Both the position numbers and the translations under genes were made by a program. Below the pieces are notes generated by a model, which searched no databases, was not told the origin of the DNA, and worked only from the letters and a program-made list of their open reading frames with translations. A stretch of 64,000 bases of DNA from Bacteroidota bacterium (lineage in GTDB: Bacteria; Bacteroidota; Bacteroidia; 2-12-FULL-35-15): contig JAHEYB010000001.1 of assembly GCA_023251805.1 (NCBI GenBank), forward strand, positions 40,384 to 104,383, written 5' to 3'. This document shows positions 56,659-64,000 of the stretch, one piece after another (the first letter of the stretch is position 1; each line of letters begins with the position of its first letter).

Positions 56659-57681
56659 AACAACTATTTTCTCTTCTCTCTTTTTCATCTCTCCAATCGG
56701 ATGAGCAAACTCAGAAAGTCCTTTTTCGACAAGCAGTTTTTCAAATGCATTTTTTTGACTTGAATCTATTGTGACTAAAAGTCCACCATTTGTTTGTGGG
56801 TCGCAAAGTGTTAAAAGTGAGTCTCCAGTTATTCCCGAAACTTTAGGATCATAACTACTCCAATTTCTAAAGCTATTATCCGGCACACACATCTGTGATG
56901 TATAAAAATTTAAATTATCAATCAACGGAACTTTGGAGTAATTAATTTTTGCAGTCAAATTTGCTCCGTCAGCCATTTCAATTAAATGACCTAACAAGCC
57001 AAACCCTGTCACATCTGTCATTGCATGCACATAACTCAACTGCCCAAATGTTTCTCCCAATGTATTTAATTGCATCATTTGTGTTGCTGCAACTCCTTTG
57101 TGTTCCAATTTTAATAATCCTTTTTTTTCTGCTGTTGTTAAAATTCCAACTCCAATTTTCTTTGTCAGGTAAATCAAATCCCCGTCTTTTGCCGTATTGT
57201 TCTGTTTTAAATTTTTCAAATCAATTATCCCGGATACAGCTAATCCAAAAATAGGTTCCGGACTGTCAATACTGTGCCCGCCTGCCAAAGGGATTCCTGC
57301 TTCGGCACAAATCGTTCTCGCTCCGTCAATAACTTTTTGTGCCAGTTCAGGAGAAAGTTTGTTAATGGGCCAACCCAAAATAGCGATTGCCAACAATGGT
57401 TTTCCACCCATGGCATATACATCGCTAATGGCATTGGCTGAAGCAATTTTTCCAAAATCAAAAGCATCATCTACAATCGGCATAAAAAAATCAGTAGTGC
57501 TAATAACTGCCTGACCATTTCCGATATCATAAACGGCTGCATCATCTTTTGAACTGTTTCCAACAATTAGCTTACTATCGGAAGGAGCAACAAAATTTGT
57601 TTTTAAAATTTCTTCTAAAACATGTGGTGCAATTTTGCAACCACATCCCGCTCCGTGACTATATTGTGTTAATTTAACCAT
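56650..57681 (-). CDS. selD: Selenide, water dikinase SelD (Cys-type)
   Basis: 343 aa. MVKLTQYSHGAGCGCKI N-terminal glycine-rich loop with Cys rather than Sec. Confidence 0.9.
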   Translation of the reverse strand: MVKLTQYSHGAGCGCKIAPHVLEEILKTNFVAPSDSKLIVGNSSKDDAAVYDIGNGQAVISTTDFFMPIVDDAFDFGKIASANAISDVYAMGGKPLLAIAILGWPINKLSPELAQKVIDGARTICAEAGIPLAGGHSIDSPEPIFGLAVSGIIDLKNLKQNNTAKDGDLIYLTKKIGVGILTTAEKKGLLKLEHKGVAATQMMQLNTLGETFGQLSYVHAMTDVTGFGLLGHLIEMADGANLTAKINYSKVPLIDNLNFYTSQMCVPDNSFRNWSSYDPKVSGITGDSLLTLCDPQTNGGLLVTIDSSQKNAFEKLLVEKGLSEFAHPIGEMKKREEKIVVLI

Positions 57682-57715
57682 TTCTAACGTTTTAACTTTA
57701 CAACCTTACAACTTT

Positions 57716-58735
57716 CTAACTTTGAATTTTTTTAATCGCTTTAGCAATGTTCACTATATCCATTTTCTCAAAATCACAATGTATGATTTTTTCTTCTTCT
57801 CTTTTTTCTTCTCCATAGTTATATGTCTTATCATAATATACTAAACAAATTTCAAAAGCTTTTTTGTAATCGCCAACTCCAATCGCATCAATTGCTCGTT
57901 TTACATGTTGTCCACCTAATTTTTTGCCGATACGTTCTGTAGCCTCTGCTAGTTCGTCCTTGCTGAATTTGCCATATTGTTCTACTAAGTAGCTTACACG
58001 TTCTTCTATGGGCAAACCTATTGAAATAACAATTGCTTTTTTCATTTGCCCCCACAACCCTTCCGGAATAATATTTTTTCCAATCAGTCTACTCTCATTT
58101 TCAATCCAACACTTTTTTTGTGAATCAACTTTTGAAAGTTGAAATGATAATTCATTTTCAAATTGTTCTTGAGAAGACTGTGGGGCCTCTCCCAACGAAC
58201 CAAAAGAAGAGCCTTTATGATGTGCAAGTTTTTCTAAGTCTATAATTTGTTCGTTCTGTTTTTCAAGTTCATGAAGTATAACTGTTTTTCCTGTTCCTGT
58301 TTTCCCTCCTAGAACTAAAATGTTTTTTTCCTCTTTAAAGCTATCTAATACATATTTTCTATAATTTTTGTAGCCACTTTTTAGAGTAAAGCATTTAAAG
58401 CCATACGTTTCTAAAAACCAAGCCATACTTGAGCTTCTCATTCCACCACGCCAGCAGTGAACTAAAAATGTTCCTGTTTTATTTAATTTGATAGCTTCAT
58501 TCACATACTCACGAAGCTTTGGTCCAACTACTTCTAAGCCTTTTAAAACAGCAGGCTGCTTTCCTTCTTTTTTATAAAGTGTTCCAATGATGATGCGTTC
58601 TTCATTTGTAAAGAGAGGAAGGTTGATGGCGCCAACAATATGTCCTTGCTCAAATTCGGCAGGTGTACGCACATCTAATATCGGATGTATTTCCGATAAT
58701 TTTAAAAATTGATCTATGTCGATTGAGGTTGGCAA
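57716..58735 (-). CDS. selU: tRNA 2-selenouridine synthase
   Basis: 339 aa. N-terminal rhodanese domain with HCWRGGMRS, and P-loop GGKTGTGKT. Adjacent to selD. Confidence 0.85.
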   Translation of the reverse strand: MPTSIDIDQFLKLSEIHPILDVRTPAEFEQGHIVGAINLPLFTNEERIIIGTLYKKEGKQPAVLKGLEVVGPKLREYVNEAIKLNKTGTFLVHCWRGGMRSSSMAWFLETYGFKCFTLKSGYKNYRKYVLDSFKEEKNILVLGGKTGTGKTVILHELEKQNEQIIDLEKLAHHKGSSFGSLGEAPQSSQEQFENELSFQLSKVDSQKKCWIENESRLIGKNIIPEGLWGQMKKAIVISIGLPIEERVSYLVEQYGKFSKDELAEATERIGKKLGGQHVKRAIDAIGVGDYKKAFEICLVYYDKTYNYGEEKREEEKIIHCDFEKMDIVNIAKAIKKIQS

Positions 58736-58737
58736 AA

Positions 58738-60237
58738 TTATTTTACCTCTTGCATCAATTTACGAACGAGTGGTGAAATAGCAATTAAAATAACTCCTGC
58801 TATCAAAGCATATATAGCTAGTTGCTGATAGCCGTCTGTATATAATTCTAATTTTGTTGTTAAGCTTGCATGTTCATCAGGGCTCGACATTCCAGCGCCT
58901 AATAACCCTGCAGCATATTGTCCGTAAGCACTCGCTAAAAACCAAAATCCCATCATCATTCCTGATAATCTTTTCGGAGAAAGTTTTGTCATGATAGATA
59001 AACCAATTGGAGATAAGGCAAGTTCGCCAAATGTGATAACTAAGTAAGCAATTGTAAATGCATTTAAAGAGGTTAATCCGTTTGCATCCGCTAAAAAACG
59101 AGTGTAATAAAAAAGATAAAATGCTCCAGCTAAGAATAAAAATCCAATTCCGAATTTAATAACGGTATTGGGCTCGATTTTTTTCTTCGCCATTGCCAAC
59201 CATATTAATCCAAGTATCGGACTAAACACAATTACGAAAAATGAATTAGATGTGTTGTTAATTATATTGGGATTCGTATCAACACCTAATAAGCTGTGGT
59301 GTAAATTGTCTTGTGCAAACAAAGCTAAGGAGCCACCGCTTTGCTCGAAGAATGCCCAAAAAATAATAGAAAATAAAATAAAAATAAAAGCAGCAATTAG
59401 TTTTTTTTGTGCTTTGCTATCACCTTCTTTTATTGTTTCATAAATAAAATACAAACAAGCCAATGGTCCGATTGAGTACATAAAGTAATCAGTATAATCG
59501 GTGTTTTTAATCATGATAAAAATCAATGGAATGCTAAGCAAGGCGCCAACATAAACAATAATTTCCTTTGTCATTCTTTTCTTGGGTTCTTCATTTACAA
59601 GAGGAGAATTTCCAATCGGACCCAATGATTTTTTTGTAAGTAAAAAGGTAATCAAGCCAATTGCCATAACGATAGCTGCTGAAAGAAATGCATAGCTCCA
59701 ACCATAATCTTTACTTGTCCCCAAATAAACACAAACGGCTCCACCCAATAACGCACCAATGTTAATTCCGGAATAAAATAATCCAAATCCGGCATCTCTT
59801 CTTGGATCTCCTTCTTTGTAAAGGTCTCCAACCATAGAAGAAATATTCGGTTTAAAAAATCCTGTTCCAATAATCGAGAGTGTAATTCCAAGGTAGAAAA
59901 ATTCTTGTGGCGAAACCGCAATGATAATGTTTCCTGCAATCATCACCAATCCACCAAACAAAAGCGACTTCTTAAACCCTAAAAATTTATCTGCAAAAAT
60001 TCCACCTATGAAAGTAAATGCATACACAAAGGCTTGTATCGCTCCGTATTTTAGATTCGCATCTTTATCAGGAAGGGACAAACCAAGAACTTGATCGGCC
60101 ATAAAGATGGTCAACACACCGCGCATTCCATAAAAACAAAAACGTTCCCACATTTCTACCAAAAACAAATACCATAATTGTTTTGGATATTTTCCTTTAA
60201 AATCCTGAATTTGTTCTAATGTTAGTTCTTGTGCCAT
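58738..60237 (-). CDS. POT/PTR2-family di-/tripeptide:proton symporter (MFS)
   Basis: 499 aa. ..ERFCFYGMRG.L..F.. and ..FGGIFADKFLG.. PTR2 signatures, 14 TM. Confidence 0.85.
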   Translation of the reverse strand: MAQELTLEQIQDFKGKYPKQLWYLFLVEMWERFCFYGMRGVLTIFMADQVLGLSLPDKDANLKYGAIQAFVYAFTFIGGIFADKFLGFKKSLLFGGLVMIAGNIIIAVSPQEFFYLGITLSIIGTGFFKPNISSMVGDLYKEGDPRRDAGFGLFYSGINIGALLGGAVCVYLGTSKDYGWSYAFLSAAIVMAIGLITFLLTKKSLGPIGNSPLVNEEPKKRMTKEIIVYVGALLSIPLIFIMIKNTDYTDYFMYSIGPLACLYFIYETIKEGDSKAQKKLIAAFIFILFSIIFWAFFEQSGGSLALFAQDNLHHSLLGVDTNPNIINNTSNSFFVIVFSPILGLIWLAMAKKKIEPNTVIKFGIGFLFLAGAFYLFYYTRFLADANGLTSLNAFTIAYLVITFGELALSPIGLSIMTKLSPKRLSGMMMGFWFLASAYGQYAAGLLGAGMSSPDEHASLTTKLELYTDGYQQLAIYALIAGVILIAISPLVRKLMQEVK

Positions 60238-60417
60238 GTTATTTTATTTTTATGAAAGGTAGTAATTATTGTTTAATATATTTTGTTCTCAAATGGAACA
60301 TTTAAAAAACACACCCCTAACCCCTCTCTAGAGGGGAATGCTCTCGACTCTATACTCTACTAATAGTTGCAAAATAAATCTCCGCGGTTCTCTGCGTCTT
60401 CTTCGCGTCCTCTGCGG

Positions 60418-61626
60418 TTAAATACTCTCCACTCTAACTTCCTTCGCAATCTCAATCGCTCTTTCTTTTACTTTATCCACATCACTTCCCACCTTATCAT
60501 ATGCTAACACTACTCCCATTCTTCGGTATGGACGAGTGATTGGTTTGCCAAAAATACGAACATCACTTTGTGTGTGATTCATTGCTTTTTCTAATCCAAT
60601 ATAACTTGGATTTTTCCCCTCCTTGTCCGCTAAAATTACAGCACTTGCACCCACACGTTCCAATGTTATTTCTGCAATGGGTAATCCTAAAACAGCTCTT
60701 GCATGTAATTCAAACTCAGAAAAATTTTGTGTACCCGCGAGTGTTACCATTCCTGTGTCGTGCGGACGAGGAGATAACTCAGAAAAATAAACGCCATCAT
60801 CAGCTAAAAAAAACTCTACTCCCCAAATTCCGAAACCGGTCAATGCTTTGGTCACTTTTGTAGCCATTTCTTGTGCTTCTTTTAAATGCTCCGGTTTTAT
60901 TTCTGCAGGTTGCCAACTTTCTTGATAGTCGCCACGCTCTTGACGATGCCCGATTGGCGGACAAAACAAAGTGGTTCCTCCTCCCAGTGAGGTAGGCAGG
61001 CTTTTTTGTGTAACTGTTAGTAAAGTAATTTCAGAATTGAATTTTACAAATGCTTCAGCAATCACCTCGGTATAATCTCCACGCTTACCCGATTGTGCGT
61101 ATTGCCAAGCTTTTTGAATGCTGGTAAGTGAAACGGAACCATCTTTTTCCGGCTTAATCACCGATTGACCTTTCCCGGATGAACTCATCAATGGTTTTAC
61201 CACGCATGGTGTCCCAACAATTTTTACTGCCGCAATTAACTCTTCCAAAGTATTTGCGTACTCATATTTTGCAGTTTTTAATCCCAATTCTTTTGCTGCT
61301 AAATCACGAATCGCTTTTCTGTTCATCGTAAAATTTGCAGCCTTTGCACTGGGCACAACTGTTATTCCTTGTTTTTCATAATCGTAAAAACGTTCAGTAC
61401 GAATCGCTTCAATCTCCGGAACAATAATATCAGGCTTATGTTTGGCAACGATTCTGTCCAATTCAGTCCCATCCAACATGCTAATCACTTCCCGCTCATC
61501 CGCCACTTGTTGTGCAGGAGCATCGTTATAAGAATCAACAGCAATCACATATTGTCCTAATCTTTTCAAAGCAATTACAAATTCCTTTCCTAGCTCACCG
61601 GAGCCTAATAACATTATTTTTTTCAT
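60418..61626 (-). CDS. purT: Formate-dependent phosphoribosylglycinamide formyltransferase PurT
   Basis: 402 aa from [18 protein letters not shown]-grasp, ..SSGKGQS.., ..SPRPHDTGM.. motifs. Confidence 0.9.
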   Translation of the reverse strand: MKKIMLLGSGELGKEFVIALKRLGQYVIAVDSYNDAPAQQVADEREVISMLDGTELDRIVAKHKPDIIVPEIEAIRTERFYDYEKQGITVVPSAKAANFTMNRKAIRDLAAKELGLKTAKYEYANTLEELIAAVKIVGTPCVVKPLMSSSGKGQSVIKPEKDGSVSLTSIQKAWQYAQSGKRGDYTEVIAEAFVKFNSEITLLTVTQKSLPTSLGGGTTLFCPPIGHRQERGDYQESWQPAEIKPEHLKEAQEMATKVTKALTGFGIWGVEFFLADDGVYFSELSPRPHDTGMVTLAGTQNFSEFELHARAVLGLPIAEITLERVGASAVILADKEGKNPSYIGLEKAMNHTQSDVRIFGKPITRPYRRMGVVLAYDKVGSDVDKVKERAIEIAKEVRVESI

Positions 61627-61757
61627 AAACACAATTTTTAATTTAAAGCCTGCCTGCCGGTTGGCAGGTTCAAAGTTAATCGAAAAAACGTATGAATTTA
61701 TCTTGAATTTGTTACTTTTGTTTAAGTCCAGTAACTAATAACCAACAACCAGAAACT

Positions 61758-62273
61758 ATGATAGCAGTATACATTATCGGAGGATTCGTTTTGCTAATTG
61801 CTTTATTATCTTTTGTAATGCCAATAGCCTTTGAACATAAATCTGAAATTGTCATCAATAAATCTAAATCTGAAGTTTTTGACTATTTGAAATCCATAAA
61901 AAATCAAAACAATTGGAGTGTTTGGGCTCAAATGGACCCGGACATGAAGCAAGAATTTACAGGAACAGATTGTGCTCCTGGTTTTATTTCTTCATGGGAA
62001 GGGAAAAAAGCTGGTAAGGGGGCTCAGGAAATTAAAAAAATTACGGAAGGCGAACGTATTGATATCGAATTGCGTTTTGAGAAACCATTCAAAGTTACCA
62101 ATGCCGTATATTTCACTACTACAACAGTTGAAGGAAGTAAAACAAAAGTGGTATGGGCAATGTATGGAAACTCTCCGCGCCCTTTCAACCTCATTTTCCC
62201 ATTAATGAAAGGTGCAGTATTAAAAGATTTTAAAAAAGGACTCGATAACCTCAAAACACTTTTAGAAAAATAA
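61758..62273 (+). CDS. SRPBCC-superfamily (polyketide cyclase/START-like) protein with N-terminal TM
   Basis: 171 aa. Architecture and ..W..W.... pattern. Weak family-level call. Confidence 0.5.
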   Translation: MIAVYIIGGFVLLIALLSFVMPIAFEHKSEIVINKSKSEVFDYLKSIKNQNNWSVWAQMDPDMKQEFTGTDCAPGFISSWEGKKAGKGAQEIKKITEGERIDIELRFEKPFKVTNAVYFTTTTVEGSKTKVVWAMYGNSPRPFNLIFPLMKGAVLKDFKKGLDNLKTLLEK

Positions 62274-62322
62274 GTAGCCGATAGTCTAAAATCTAATATC
62301 TCACATCTCATATCTATAACCT

Positions 62323-63510
62323 ATGGACGCAAATTTTCAAAAACATCTTCAAACAGAATTAAAAAACATTGAAGACTCAGGTTTGTTCAAGCGTGAACGT
62401 GTGATTACATCTGAACAAGGTGCAGTTGTGAAAGTAAATGGAAAAGATGTAATTGTCTTCTGTGCAAATAATTATTTGGGATTGTCATCTCATACAAAAG
62501 TGATTGAAGCAGCTCACAAAACATTGGATCGTCATGGATATGGAATGAGTAGTGTTCGTTTTATTTGCGGAACACAGGACATTCACAAAGAGCTGGAGCA
62601 AAAGCTTTCTAAGTTTGTAGGACAAGAAGACACTATTTTATATGCTGCTTGTTTTGATGCAAATGGTGGTGTGTTTGAACCTTTGATGGGTGAAGAAGAT
62701 GCAATTATTTCCGATGAATTAAATCATGCTTCCATTATCGATGGTGTGCGTTTGTGTAAAGCAGAACGATACCGTTATAAAAATTGCGACATGGCTGATT
62801 TGGAAGAACAATTAAAAGTTGCTCAAAAAAATCGTTTCCGATTAATTGTTACCGATGGTGTTTTTTCTATGGATGGCTTTGTTGCGCCCTTGGATAAAAT
62901 TTGCGACTTAGCAGATAAATACAATGCAATGGTGATGGTGGACGAAAGTCATGCTTCCGGATTTATTGGAAAAACAGGACGAGGAACCATTGAATTAAAA
63001 AATGTAATGAACCGTGTGGATATTGTAACCGGAACATTGGGAAAAGCATTGGGTGGAGCAATGGGTGGATTTACTTCAGGTAAAAAAGAAGTGATTGAAA
63101 TGTTGCGTCAACGCTCTCGTCCATATTTATTCAGTAATTCATTAGCGCCTTCAATAGTAGGTGCATCTATTGCAGTGTTGGATTTAATAAGTGAATCAAC
63201 TGCTTTGCGCGATAAATTAGAATGGAATGTAAACTATTTCAAACAAGGAATTAAAAAAGTGGGATTAGAAATTAAAGATGGCGACTCAGCCATTGTTCCC
63301 GTAATGTTATACGATGCAAAATTAGCACAGCAATTTGCAGCAAAATTATTGGATGAAGGAATTTATGTAATCGGATTCTTTTATCCTGTTGTTCCAAAAG
63401 ACAAAGCACGTATCCGTGTTCAACTTTCAGCTGCTCACGAAAAAGAACATTTGGATAAAGCACTCGCTGCTTTTGAAAAAGTTGGAAAAGAGTTGGGAGT
63501 GATAAAGTAG
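62323..63510 (+). CDS. kbl: Glycine C-acetyltransferase (2-amino-3-ketobutyrate CoA ligase)
   Basis: 395 aa. ..FCANNYLGL.., ..DESHA.GF.G..GRG.., [10 protein letters not shown] (PLP Lys). Confidence 0.9.
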   Translation: MDANFQKHLQTELKNIEDSGLFKRERVITSEQGAVVKVNGKDVIVFCANNYLGLSSHTKVIEAAHKTLDRHGYGMSSVRFICGTQDIHKELEQKLSKFVGQEDTILYAACFDANGGVFEPLMGEEDAIISDELNHASIIDGVRLCKAERYRYKNCDMADLEEQLKVAQKNRFRLIVTDGVFSMDGFVAPLDKICDLADKYNAMVMVDESHASGFIGKTGRGTIELKNVMNRVDIVTGTLGKALGGAMGGFTSGKKEVIEMLRQRSRPYLFSNSLAPSIVGASIAVLDLISESTALRDKLEWNVNYFKQGIKKVGLEIKDGDSAIVPVMLYDAKLAQQFAAKLLDEGIYVIGFFYPVVPKDKARIRVQLSAAHEKEHLDKALAAFEKVGKELGVIK

Positions 63511-63577
63511 TTTTTCTCGCAGATTTCGCAGATTTCCGCAGATTTTTTTGAAGGCTTAATCTATTTGTTAGTAGGAT

Positions 63578-63630
63578 GCATTCCCCTCTTGAGAGGGGTT
63601 AGGCCTGCCTGCCGGTAGGCAGGGGCGTGT
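63578..63630. repeat. Composite of two palindromic repeat families (gcattcccctcttgagaggggttagg + cctgcctgccggtaggcagg)
   Basis: The first part is the reverse complement of 60311-60341 (cccctaacccctctctagaggggaatgc) and is related to 34690-34722. The second part matches 61648-61668. Confidence 0.6.
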
Positions 63631-63696
63631 TTGCCAGACATGAAAAGAAACTCTATTAATAAAGGACTCCTTTATTAATAGACTTCCGACTTTTTT

Positions 63697-64000
63697 CTAT
63701 TTCGCTTCATCAAACTTCAAGTCTTCCGCATTTTTTTTCATTACTTTTCCAAATCGGTAACTAAAACCTAAATAGACAATTTGTGATTTACGTTTGCTAG
63801 ATGTTTTTTGATATAACACAGGAGTGTCGATTTCACTTTGCCATCTCATAGAGTTAAATACATCTGAAACCGTTAAAAGTAAAGAAACTCTGTCTTTAAA
63901 TAAATTTTGACGAAGACCTAAATTTAAAGAGTATCCCGAAAGATTTTTTCCTTGGGGAGTTAATTCAGAAGAACGATAATTGGCGTTTAGTTGTAAGGCG
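63697..64000 (-). CDS. 3' end of an outer-membrane beta-barrel / TonB-dependent-receptor-like gene (partial, continues beyond the window)
   Basis: Hand translation of the minus strand gives ..LSGYSLNLGLRQNLFKDRVSLLLTVSDVFNSMRWQSEIDT..QIVYLGFSYRFGKVMKKNAEDLKFDEAK*. It is open to the window edge and has a typical terminal beta-strand (YLGFSYRFG). Not in the ORF track because there is no start in the window. Confidence 0.5.
   Translation of the reverse strand, partial: ALQLNANYRSSELTPQGKNLSGYSLNLGLRQNLFKDRVSLLLTVSDVFNSMRWQSEIDTPVLYQKTSSKRKSQIVYLGFSYRFGKVMKKNAEDLKFDEAK

Noticed and set aside
56650-57681. Possible selenocysteine (TGA) codon in selD
   Set aside because: The ORF is uninterrupted, and the catalytic-loop position is encoded as Cys (GAGCGCK).

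Overview
This is an AT-rich, gene-dense chromosomal segment that looks like Bacteroidota (Flavobacteriia/Cytophagia-like). Supporting signs: T9SS C-terminal sorting domains, SprB repeats, the panC / short glycogen-synthase-like / DUF4270 / glmS arrangement, an IPExxxVDY protein between rnc and pyk, and TTG..TAnnTTTG-type promoter boxes. I can support about 60 protein genes, mostly housekeeping.

Gene content by function:
- Thiamine: a thiS-thiC-x-thiE-thiD-thiE-thiG operon behind a clear TPP riboswitch.
- Cell envelope and cofactors: glmS, panC/panD.
- DNA and RNA: radA, rnhA, rnc.
- Fatty acid synthesis: acpP-fabF.
- Central and nucleotide metabolism: pyk, gmk, and the purine genes purN, purF, purT.
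- Cyanophycin: a complete locus with cphA, cphB and an isoaspartyl peptidase.
- Fe-S assembly: sufS-sufE-sufT plus a second cysteine desulfurase.
- Regulation: an ECF sigma module.
- Other: selD-selU, a POT transporter and kbl.

I recognised no rRNA, tRNA, CRISPR array, transposase, integrase or obvious defence system by eye.

The items most worth a second look:
1. A five-gene operon of UbiA prenyltransferase, type III PKS, methyltransferase, flavin oxidoreductase and SDR. It resembles actinobacterial srs/agq phenolic-lipid clusters.
2. A GC-rich intergenic-type repeat inserted in frame inside the flavin oxidoreductase gene of that operon.
3. A four-helix-bundle (23S rRNA IVS / Avd-like) gene tightly bracketed by a 33/34-nt inverted repeat, with a cargo-less version of the same repeat elsewhere in the window.
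4. At least six families of short palindromic or helically phased repeats that fill the intergenic spaces.
5. A promoter-to-terminator candidate small RNA in the 715-bp gap upstream of purF.
6. A 1325-aa T9SS adhesin with a stand-alone P-domain and 7 x 198-bp tandem SprB-type repeats.
7. A secreted CxxCH + copper-monooxygenase-like protein clustered with a redoxin.

All functional calls rest on motif and family recognition from the supplied translations. No database search was run.
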